Translations under genes and position numbers: made by a program
Notes under the pieces: model-generated
Seen by the model: only the letters and a program-made list of their open reading frames with translations
Databases searched by the model: none
What the model was told of the DNA's origin: nothing
Assembly: GCF_009834535.1 (NCBI RefSeq)
Contig: NC_045696.1
Location: 32,056,001-32,120,000 of the forward strand
DNA from: Camelus ferus
Taxonomy: Eukaryota
Direction: 5' to 3'
Length of the DNA stretch: 64,000 bases
Shown: positions 24,313 to 36,158 of the stretch, piece after piece
Position numbering within the stretch: position 1 is the first letter of the stretch
How the letters are laid out: every line of letters begins with the position of its first letter

Positions 24313-27300
24313 AAATGCTTAGTCATACCTCTGCATTAAGGACACATGTTTGCTATGGTTGAATTTGATTAGTTTTCTTTCTGCACTTTGAAAGACAGTG
24401 GGAGGTAGGATGGGAATATTAACCACTTTTTGAAGATAATTTAAATATAGTTAACTGGGATCTGAACACCAAGGGAGAAAAGACTTTCTACAATTTGTAG
24501 TGACGCTGTTTCCACATAAAATGTTTTAAGAAAACTTTTTCTAAAATGTACCAGTGAAATGTAGCTTTTCTTAACGGTTATATAGTTTTTCTTCAAATTT
24601 GAAAAATCAGTTTACCTGATGTCTTTCAGATTTTTGACTTGTTTCATGACTCTGGGCATTTGAAAGGATATTATTAAGTAAGTTAATTTAAGATTTACCT
24701 GAAGCCAAATCACTGTATCATCCTCGTGTAGAAATACACATTCAGTAAACAAATATCCAAAGTAAATTAAACTAGCTCAATTTATCAAGCGTTATTGCCA
24801 CTTTATGGAGTTGATATTAAGAATTATATCCTCCCACAGCTTCTGTTAATACCTAAAATCTTGCTTTATGTTAAGATGTGAGTGTCAGTATGATGCAACA
24901 GCCAAGCAAGAATAACCTCGTCTTTAAGGTGGCTGCTGTTCAAGCCTTGCTGATCCACCTTCTAGAGCCTAGTGAATAAAAGGGACAATAGTTTGGGAAT
25001 AGTTTTTTGTTGACTATGTCACGTTTTGAAGAAAAATTATTTTAATATGTTACCGAATTTTATTCATCTTATCGAGGATATCCCTATAAATCTGTGGTTA
25101 GAAGTGACATTTTATTTTTTTATGTGTAACCACATAGTATCTAAAACATTCAAAAAGAATCACACCTTCATATTTCTCAACATTTTTGTCATAATGGCCT
25201 ATTTAGAAATTGAATTTTCAGTTTGATGTAAGAAGGAAGGGCCTTTATCTGTTACTTTAAATGCTAAAGCATTTCAGACCAACATTCTTGTTCAGCGTCA
25301 CCAAAGAACAATACCTACAATATTCATTAAAAGAATATTGTACTAAATACATTGTCTTTATAAAAAGATTTGATGCTAACTAGCATGAGAAAGAATTGTG
25401 TGTTCAACAACACTTACGAATATATTTTTAAAGGTCAAGAAACATTTACAGAGGAGAGTTTCATCTCCACTGGCTTACTTTTTTTTTTTTTTAACATAGA
25501 AATGTTATGGGTGAGGTTAGACTAATGGTTTTGTGAAACTTCAATCCTCCACATCCTTTTACTTCTATAGAATAGCCAAGATAAAGATATTGATAGATGG
25601 GTAAGTTCATAGCATTTTAGAGGTTTGGTCATTACAGTCAGATTTACTTTAAATTTTTGTTTGGCTTTACCCAATTTTATTGACTATACAAATACAGACT
25701 ACCAAAAAAGCTGAACAGATTATCCTTGAGGGATGTAACAGCATAAAAGTGCATTTTATAATACAAGTGTTTTTGACAGATGGGTGTGGACAGATTGGAA
25801 GACTGATAATCTTTTTATTGTTTAATAATGGTCTTCCTATAAAATAGCAGTAAATGTGATCAGGCATTAGGAATATTTTCTCCTAAGACGTTTGCATCAT
25901 CTTGGTGTACCAAGATGGAGAACGGGAATGACTCGGTGATCAAGGAAGAGATAATAAGAGATACCCATGATCCTTGAGTAAATACAAGCAGCAGCAGTGC
26001 CAATATACAGTTGGTGCGGAAGTGGTACTGAGGTTGGCCTTGTGAGTATTTTTACTTTGTAGTGAGAGTTCTCTATTCTGTAGGGGGAAGAGGTATCATT
26101 GGACTAATTTAGACTTTGATTTTTTAGAAGTGCCCTGTAGCAGCAAGACATAATGGTAGGAATCAAAGGACCCAAGTTCTCATCAAACCATTCCACTATC
26201 TGAGGGATGAGCAAGTTAGTTCTCTTGTAGCTTAGTTTCATCTGTAGGTTGAGAGATTGGAACCACATCCATTCCTTAGCAATGTTGTAGAAAGATCTTA
26301 GGGATGATGACAAACTGCAGAAATGTCATTTTTCTTTTCACTTTCCACCTAAAGATGTTTTATAACACACTCAGCATAACATTAACAGTGTGCTCTTAAA
26401 ATACCTTTTACTAAAATTTAATATTTTATATCTACTCATGCATTTATTCAGTATTTAAATTTTCTACATATGTTAAGAGATTTTTATTCTGATACATGTG
26501 TCTATATAAATTTCATAACTTTTTTTCCTCCATCAATGACTTTTATAAATTAATTTTGTAGGCATTTACCTGAGTTTGGGTCATACATTTTTTTCTAATG
26601 AAATTATGCCCATAGATTAGTTTTGAAAATTAGTAAATTATTGCTCCTTTATCAGGGAGTGGACTGAATTCAGGTTTAATTTTGAGTTCAGTTTTGTCTT
26701 TCTGTGCATTTAATATGTGCATATGTAAAAATTTCTACAATCATTTTATTTGTCATAGCCTTTGATTTTCTTAAACATAACATTTAAGTATTGATCCATT
26801 TTTCAACAAATACGTACTTGAAGGCAGTGTTGTAAATGTTGGATGTGAACAAGATGGAAATTTTCTGTCCTAGTAGGGCTTACACTCTAGTGACTGAAAC
26901 ACAGAATAAACAAATCAAAATATTGTAATGACTTAATTCTTTTTTCTCTGAAATAAAAAATGAAATTTTTGTTTTAGTGTTAAAATCTCTTCCACAGCAA
27001 CAAAATGTGGGTATATCAATGAGGATATGAAATCACTGATTTAGTAACAATATAATAAACCTCACTGGGCTGTTAACATTTTTTATTTAAGGTTGGATTA
27101 AAGAGCTCTCATTTCCTGCGGTCGTTTATCCTGAAAACATTCTCAGTAAGATGCCAGTTTCTTTTTTTTTTTATTAATACAACTTGAAAGAAGCTGACAA
27201 GTGAACAAGAAATATTCAAGCATGCTCTATTCTAACTGATTTGTTCAAGAGGATGATTCATTTAATTTCATAAAGGCTCAGTGGGCCAGAACTGCGGATG

Positions 27301-30300
27301 ACCAGGTCAGCAGAGGGAATGTAGGGGAGAAGAGGTCTGTGAGAAGGATCTATGTAACAAGCAACAATATTTAGTTTTTTAGAGCTGAAGTTCTGCTTGA
27401 GCAATTCTGATGTTACCAGCAACAGTCATTTAAAGAGCTGCTGATGCCTCAGGGAAAACACTTTTAAAGTGTCCTATCTAGAAACAATGCTCCTTGTACT
27501 GTGTCGTATATATTAAGTCTCCATCCCTTGCTTATATTACAGTACATCATGCCTGATTAAAACCTGTACGACTGTAATATGGCTTCTTGAGAGTGCCGAT
27601 TAAATGTTACTCCTGAAATATTTCTTCCTGCTGAATCTCTCTGAATATGATTGAAATATTGATCACCTGGTAAACAAAGCTGGAAAATGGATGAGGATAC
27701 AATTTTAAAATTTTAAAAATAGAATGAATTTTCTATACAATTATTTAAAATGTTAGGAAGTACAAAATCTTCTGAACGGGCTACAAGTACTCTTAAGGTC
27801 TTTATATTACTTCCTTCAGTATTTAACTTTGATGACCTCAATGTGCAAATAATATTATATTTCTATGTTTTTAAATAGTATAACTCATTGGCCAGTGGTA
27901 TCCCTGGAGTAGATGATAAGTATCTTGTAACAGATAAGATAAAAAATTGATATATACTTTGGAAATCATAATGAGGTGGTCTAGCTTGTATAGTTCCTCT
28001 ATTTAGAGACTTACTTATCTGGATTACATTCAACAGTACATCGCACAGCTAGAAAAACCTCAGCATAATCATTATCTTTAATTTTGCTTTCTTTTTATTT
28101 TAAAGGAAACTTTAAAATTAAAGCAATTCAAGTAAATGTTCTGTTGCACGTGGATAATTTGCGAAAGCGTAGTTTATACTAAATGATTTATTTTGAAAGT
28201 ATATTCAGTTTTCCAAAGTAAGTCAGAGATGCACACATATTTGGAAACTTACAGAAGGAACTAGGTGGTGCTGTTCTGTCATCTTTGTGTCTTAGTGACT
28301 TCTTTGGTCCTGTTCTTGATTCATTAAACACTTTCTTACAATAGGTACATTAGATAAGATACAATTTTGGTCTCATAGTGGTATTATTTTTATTAACCAA
28401 CTAAGCGTATGTTGATCTTGCATCTTTCTTTTCAGCAGTATTTTCATATAGCAGATAAAAACCTTCCTCCTAAGCAGTAAGCTATGTCACAGTTTACAAT
28501 GTCTCTCATTTCTTCACTATTTAAGATAATATATTAAATTCTGAAATCTTAAGATATTTATGTTATTATGTGTTTTTAAATCCTTTGTTTTTTTTTAACT
28601 TGCCAAAACTCTTATTATCAATTTAATCAAAATTTAAAGTGATCAAATATTTGCACAGAGTTGATTTAATATAAAAATGCCACAAAATATACATGCTTAA
28701 GGAAAACTTACATTATTTGAAATACTAAAAAAAATTGAATTAAACCTTTAAAAAAGAAAAAATCCTTCTCTTGAAGTTGTTTGTTCAATTTACTTCCCTA
28801 TAAGAAAAGTGACCTCAATTAGGCTGTCAGTTAATCTTTTCATGTTTCAAGATATCATTAAGTTAATTGTGTCTTCCAATCATCTTGGTGGTACCTGATG
28901 GTCTGAAATAAAATAATAGACTTATTTCAAACTAAATAGCAACAAAGGTACTCCACTGTCCATGTGTATTTTGTACACTGGTATTTCTGAGGTATATTTA
29001 TTTTCTTAATAAGAATTATGGCTTCTTTCAGATACCATTAGGTTTAGGGAATCAGATAAGAGGAAACTTAAAAGGGTTGCAGTTTTTTCCATCAAAAATC
29101 ATCTTGTAAGTTATGTTTTTTAATGATTTTTCAATACCTTTGCAGAAGAGTATATCATATAATTTATTTTCTAATGTAAATCTGGATATAAAATAAGGGC
29201 AAAGTGCTTCAAGAATTTTATCCACGTGCTTTCTTGTAGAACTATAGTTCTATCATTTTGAACGGGGACAAAAATAATTTATATCCTTCTTTTCTCTGAT
29301 ACAATAAATCCTCCTTGCTGTTAATTACATCATAAAATATTTCAGTTTTACCTTAATGAAAAAGTGAATGTTACACAGAAAACTCTTCTGTGTTATCTCC
29401 CAAATCTTTATCTTTGGAAGACAAATCAATATGGAATTGCAGAATGGTTCCATGGCATGTCATCTTACAATGCAGAGAGAATCTCTGAGATGAGCATCTT
29501 CTAGGCTAATAAGCCTAAATGAAAGTGCTGCTATACTCCTGTGCCCGTGTCTGGTCCCCTGGAATACAGCGGAAGTCACAAGTATTAAGATGAATATCAG
29601 TGGCTAAACATTTGTCAAATAAGAGTTCAGACTAGGGGAACTGCATAAGAATATTGAGATTATTCATTCCCAAGAATGCCTTCATTTTCTATTAAATGAG
29701 AATTTTCCTAAGAAGGATTATGTAAGTCCCATTTTATACTGCCGTAACCTTAAAAGGTGAAGAAACCTAATAATAAACATTATAAGACTCAATAAAAAGT
29801 CAATATTTTTATTTTGGGTGTTAATTATTTGTATTACAAAAATACTTTCTAACTTTTACATACTATTGTTAAGAGAGTAAAGCTTGGATTAGACAAAGAA
29901 ATTATGACGGGTATTCATAGATAGGCCATATCTACATGCTCAAAAATATGCAGTGCATTTCTGATTTTGCATCATCCACTTTTTCAAAGTTGACATTTTG
30001 GCAACAATACTAATAATAAAGTACTCAACGTTAACATATTAGATGCCAGATTTATATTATGGAAAGTCAAATGGCACTGTCATTAGGACCAATCATTTGT
30101 AGATAGCCTATTTTTAAAATACCCCAATACTTTAAATAAAACATGATATTTGGTGAAAAACATCTAAATCATAAATGAATATATTTTAAGATTATTTTTC
30201 CTTCCAGAATATAGCAAGTGTACAGGTTATTTCATTTTATTTCTTAAGTGTCAAAAATACAAAAACCTGTATTATAACTCTGACTACTTACTGTTTTAGA

Positions 30301-31437
30301 GGTAAAATTAGAAGGGAAGACACTAAAATACTTCCCTGACAATGTGTTTACTTCTTGTAGTGAGGCTCCAGAATTAACACGAAAAATATGGTATGATCTT
30401 TTCATAATTTATTTTGATTATTTATTTATTAGAGATCTAGTATTAGAATAAGAAGAGGTTTTCTTCACAATTATTTTTGATGACGATTAATCTCAGGCAA
30501 TGTAGCATAAGCCATTGACTATTAGTAGTGGCAGCAGATGGGTTACTTGGCGTGTCATTTTTTTCGGAAGAGCTCCATCTTTCCAAATGCTTCTTTGGTA
30601 ACTTCTGACGAGGATCCTTTTTCATCTTGCCATGTTTCATCAATGATGAAAGATTTATCTCTCACGGATCTAAAGGTGTTTTTCACTTTAAAAAAGTAGA
30701 CCAAAAAAAAAACAACCATGAGTAAGGGATTTCTGGATTTGTTTTGAGATCAGAGTCAGATAGCAGAATAGGTGAAAAAGTCAGAAAAAGGACTGATGAT
30801 AATTAAGAGAATAAAAACAACAGTATTATGGAGAAGATGGATGTAGATCTTTTGTACCTTTAAGTATATTTTTCTTTATTATGCTGATAGAAAATAGTAT
30901 CTCCAAATGAGGCCTGATAAAAAATTATAGTTGATATTAACAATCAAATTTTGATGGACCTAATGGATAGAGACACTGCAATGGTGAAGGAGATTAGAAT
31001 ATAACTAAACAAGAATTTTACATGATTTTTGGTGCAGCATGTCCAGAACCTAATTGTAGTGAGACAGCACAAGTAATAATTCTAACATTGTAACAGATAG
31101 GTATCGTTGATATTAATCACATATGACCAAGAATAACACAATAAATAACTTTTGGGGGAAATATTTTATCACAAACTCAATATACTTTCATGTACAACTT
31201 AGAACAAACTGAGAACTTTCTAAATATACCTCGCCTAGTTGGCTTTGATTGTGTCAATTTCTAATTCGTCCTAAAACTTGAACCCTGGTCTTCTTGTTAT
31301 AGCATTAATATGAGTGGAAATAATGGAATATGATAATTAGGGAGTATTTGTGTTTTGAAGTTCAGTCTCAGGAGAAGCTCTTCTTATTGAGATTTATTGT
31401 GGCAGTTTAAAAAATGTCAACTTTTCAAAAACTTTAT

Positions 31438-32028
31438 TATTACCCAAAAAAGTGGGTTTGCCTCTTGATGAGTGTTGAGCCAAAACACACAACCAAACTA
31501 AAGATCAGGAGAAGGAAGGATTTATTACTTGCAGAAAATGGGAGGAACACTCGGGATCTTACCCAAAGCACTGTTTCCACAAATGGCAAAATTGGGGAAG
31601 TTTGAAGGTAGGGGTATATGCATATTCATGAAGGGGCTTGAGCAGAGGAAAATTCAGCATAGAACTGGAGGCAAAGGTCTAGAGAGTCCAAGCTTTAGCT
31701 GACTGAAGTCAGGACGGTCAGGAAAGGTCAACATCATCATCCCTTAGGTTCCAGTTGATCTGGTATTTGAGCGCTTCAGGCTAACCTTACCCGTGAAACA
31801 GAATTGGGAATCTTTACAACTGATATATTATCTTTGCTATTGGTACTTCTCTTGCTTGATAACAGTCCTGCATTCTTTTGTTCCCTTAAGATCTTAATTA
31901 CTGAGACCTGTTCAAGGACAAGCATTGTGACCAGGCTTAGATTACAAAGTGACTTAGATTTCTCTTATGTCCAGAAAGCCATGCCTAGTTCTCTTTCTCT
32001 GGGGACCCCTCTAACTTGTCTGCTTACA
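31438..32028 (-). mobile_element. ERV1-type solo LTR (about 590 bp), antisense to CADM2
   Basis: GC-richer block bounded by ta/tgttaccc and gcttaca. TTTATT (AATAAA on -) near 31521. TSD not clearly preserved. Confidence 0.75.
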
Positions 32029-33038
32029 ATGTCTTATTATTAACTACATACATTCAGATGTGAAACTGGGAAAAATACCACAGCAGAACAGTTCTTAAAA
32101 CAGAACAATGGTTTAATCATGGATTAGTTTCCTGAGATATTGACTTCAAAACAAAACAAAACTTACAAAAGGAGTCTCTACATTTAATACCCAATATGTC
32201 AATCAGCAGGTGCATTAAAGGCAACATTGCTTGTTTGAAAATAAAATTTTTAAAATTAGGGAGAATTTGACATTTTACGGAGCCATCTTCCTTATCCAAA
32301 AGTCTAAACATAAATAAAAACTTTTAAAAGAGAATTAAGGCAGTTCAAAAAGTTTGTCTTCTCATTTCACTTACCGAAACAAAAATATCTTGTAAATTAA
32401 GAGAGATGTGACAAGCATTTAGAAATTAAAAAGGTATATTGGCTAACCTAAACATCAAGAATTTAATCTAAATGTAATAATAATCTAAGGTAGTCCCCCT
32501 GACATTATCTAAAACATTAGTATCATCAGAAGTTATCTTGTTGTCTTATTAACATGTTTGTATTTTCTACCTTTTCTCTGTTGAGGATAGGCTCTGGGAG
32601 TGCAGGGATATTGTTTTCTCTTTTTATCTCCTACTTTCGGACTGTTACCTGGCACACAGTTGTTCAATAAAATTTTTTGCTTGAATGAATACGATGCTCT
32701 TGATTTATTTTTTAAATAAAAGACTTTTTGAACAACTTCCTATAGTGAACAGAAACCAAATTAACACTTATATTTAAAATATACCTACTTAAGATTAGTT
32801 AATATGTAGTAAAGTTCTTTAAGTCCTTTTTTTAGACATATGTCCCACATTTGATTATAGACCATTTGCTGTTTGAGAACATGTGTAATTCTGTTTATTG
32901 CATGAGACTTGAAATAAAGCATAGCAGTGTTGTTGCTCATTTAAAAGCAGGGGAATTTACTTTTTGAAATGCCATATGAAAAAATTTTCAAAGTATATAT
33001 TTTCTATGTTAGCTATTTATCATTGCTAGTATATAGTT

Positions 33039-33040
<2 letters not shown>

Positions 33041-33080
<40 letters not shown>
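33041..33080. repeat. (GT)20 microsatellite
   Basis: Direct inspection. Confidence 0.95.
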
Positions 33081-33082
<2 letters not shown>

Positions 33083-33083
33083 T

Positions 33084-33545
33084 TGTTACGGAAACAACAG
33101 GCCAGTCAAGAAACAAGCACCACTCGGAGGGTTGGAGTACTCAGATGTATTATGCCGGCGGGCTCAGAGGGGCTTCTGCTCCGAAGCTCTGAGCACCTCC
33201 AAGACGTGCACATGAGGTTTTATAGGGTAAAGTACAAGCTTGGGGTATTCTGCCAATAGGCATGGAACAGCTTTAGCAGCATTATCATCACAAAAGTGGA
33301 GGTGGGGAGGCAGCAAACCAACATTCCAAAGCCAGATATGTATCTTTGAAAATCCAGCTGGCTAGCAAAAAAACATAAACAGCAAACCAACACTAATTAA
33401 CTTAGATTTACAAGTTAGTCCAGCAGAACTCAGATCAGTATTCCAATACTTAGATTTGTGAGTTATCCTGCCAGCCCAGCCCAGCCTCTCCACATTCCTA
33501 GACTTGTGAGTTATCTTGTTAGACCAGCCCAGCTTTTTCTTCACA
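33084..33545 (-). mobile_element. Young ERV1-type solo LTR (462 bp) with perfect 4-bp TSD
   Basis: TG...CA ends. TATT on both sides (33080-33083, 33546-33549). TATAAAA on - strand at 33218-33224. Internal direct repeats in U3 and retained CpGs. Confidence 0.9.
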
Positions 33546-33749
33546 TATTTATATCAGAAATTTGTCTGAAGTCATGGAATAATAACTGCATTATATGAAA
33601 AAAATAAAGCCAAGGATCATAATAGGCCATGGGGGAGATTCTACGTGAGAAATATGTTCTAGTAAAATTGGATGAAAGTTTAAAATAAGTTCTGCTGTAC
33701 TTTAGATTTAAACATGATCTCATTCCAACCCTATTTAAATCTTATTTCA

Positions 33750-33910
33750 GAGGCAGCATAATGTAAATGGAAAGTACAAGGAATAGGGCATCAAGAATTA
33801 AAGTTTTGATGACGACTGTGCCATCGGCTCTGTCACCTGGGGAAACAGCTCGTCTCTCTAGGGGTCAGTTGCTCAGAAGGTGTTAGACTTGGATCATCTC
33901 CAGTCTCTCT
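33750..33910 (+). mobile_element. MIR-family SINE
   Basis: gaggcagcataatgta...gctctgtcacctggggaaacagctcgtctctctaggggtcagtt. Confidence 0.6.
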
Positions 33911-35439
33911 CACCTTGAACACTGACCACAAGTCTGCAGTTAAAATAAAATAAATGGATATACTTTGCAAAGATTAGGATATGATTATGTCTTCATCATT
34001 AAATTGAAAGTTTTAATTAGATAAAAGTGTATTAAAATGATGAAATCAATCACCAGCTGTGTTTATAAATTTCTACTGATACATAAATACTGTGTTTTTA
34101 GAAATGCATGAGTATATGTATTTGTATATGTATTATTATATGGCCTACTATTGATATATTAGTATACAAACCAATACATCTTATTCTAATTTCATTTGCT
34201 TTAAAAATGTGTGTGCATGATAATTTATTGCATTTCTGACTTTTCACCCTATTCTCTGTTAAGAGAGGCATGAATAACTAGAAAAGGGATCATTGAAGAA
34301 ATACTTATTTTGTAATACACTTACAAGAAAAATCTTAAAACTGTTAAAAAGTATTATCTTAAAAGAGATTAAAAAAAAAAAAGCTTGATGATTCCAGGAA
34401 TAGACTTCAATAAATACAGATTATTTTACACCAAGTGCCATAAACAACTATTTCTTATATTCATTAAGGCTCAAAACAAAGATAATGTTCTTAAACTACT
34501 CCAAGAGTTCTTTAGACTTTAATTAAGAAATAATTTTCCAGGCAGGAGTACTAGACTTTAGAATAGAAAGTGGTGAAATGCTTTCTTGGTGTCTAAAAGG
34601 ACAGATTTTTTTTTTCATCTTTATTGAATGATTTGAAAGTGTGGCTTCTTAAAGATAAATTAAGAGAACTGAAGGGCTTCAAATCATGAGATAGCTCTTC
34701 AAGAAACCAGTTTGCACAAGTTCTAACGAATCCAAATTTTCACTTTTATCAAACAGAATTTGTTCTTAAGAAAGCCAAACGCTTATTTCCTTTGTAAGTA
34801 TGTCATTAGATAAAGGTTATATTGATTAATTTAGAGAGGATTCATTAATAACCTCTAATCACAATCGTACAAAGAGTTAAATTCCCTTCATTATGGAGCA
34901 AGGCAAAGGCAGAGTGTTTATACGCGCTCTGGAAGGTCGATACTCAGACCAATTCACCGACAGCCCCAGATGCCTGGTTAAGCTGCCAGCACAGTTGCTT
35001 TCCGAATCTGCCAGAAAGTCAGCTGCAGCTGCAGAGAACATTCTTTTTTTTCCCACCCATCGCTAAGCCTGTGGATTTTACAATTGCGACGGAAAGAACA
35101 GAATTAGGAAATGTAATTCAGGGTGATGATCACCTCACTTACCCTATTAATGGATTTCAAATTAATTTATTATGAACAGCAAAATATAAACAGATAAGGA
35201 GAGTTTTTGCACATGTGCATGTTCTCAAATAATCCATTTAGTCACATTTGGGAAACTAACCTGGGGAGACTATCTTCAGGCTCAGTTCTATTTTATTCAT
35301 TTTTGGTATTCCCAGTCATAATAATAATAAGCAGTAACCGTTTTATGCTGTGCTGTTACCTGCAGTTAGAGAAATATAACCACAGGATAACCGGTGCAGA
35401 GGGGGTGGTATATTCTCTCTTTGAAATTACACAGGACTG

Positions 35440-35610
35440 ACCTCTTATCCTGCTTCGCTGTGTAACATAGAGCAAGTGATTTTACCTCTCTAAGCCTAAG
35501 GTGTTTCACCTAAAAAGTAAGAATTGTGATAGCCATCTCACAGGTAATTGTGAGGGCTAATTAATTCACATAGTAAAATGTCTGATAATCATGTTTGGAA
35601 AATTGTGACA
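35440..35610 (+). mobile_element. MIR SINE
   Basis: gctgtgtaacatagagcaagtgatttacctctctaagcct...tctcacaggtaattgtgagg. Confidence 0.7.
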
Positions 35611-36075
35611 CAATCAATTGTGAGAGAAAATTTTAAAAATTGTTAAATCTAAAGTTTGCATTAGGTCCTCAGAATTTTGGATGCACATTGCTCAATGGTA
35701 TTTTGTAAAATATTTTAAAGACAGTATTATAGGAATTAAAAGGTAATCAAATGAGGAAGATGGGAGAACCCTTAAAATAATTACAGAAAAATTTAAAAGG
35801 ATATAACATCATATTCTCTCATTTCATAGTCTCAAGTTGTTTGGGCAGGAGCACTGGGGAAGGGAGAAATATGGAAGGAAAAGGGAGGATGCAATGTAGT
35901 ATATTGCTGTTTATAAATTTATATGTAAGTATTGGGAGAAGAGAGGCAGTAAAATGTTGTAATAGCGATATACTTTAAAGCTAAGTAGCTTCATTTTAGA
36001 TACTCTATAGCCATAGAGACAACTTGAAGAACGCTTCTGTATTTGAGTGTAGACAGCTTCGACTTGCCTATTTTT

Positions 36076-36158
36076 CCCTTCCTTCCCTTCCTTCCTTCCT
36101 TCCTTCCTTCCTTCCTTCCTTCCTTCCTTCCTTCCTTCCTTCTTTCCTTCCTTCCTTC
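36076..36158. repeat. (CCTT)n polypyrimidine microsatellite
   Basis: Direct inspection, about 20 imperfect units. Confidence 0.95.

Noticed and set aside
30443..30643. 66-aa - strand ORF with protein-like composition
   Set aside because: No recognisable homology, splice context or promoter; length is within chance expectation.
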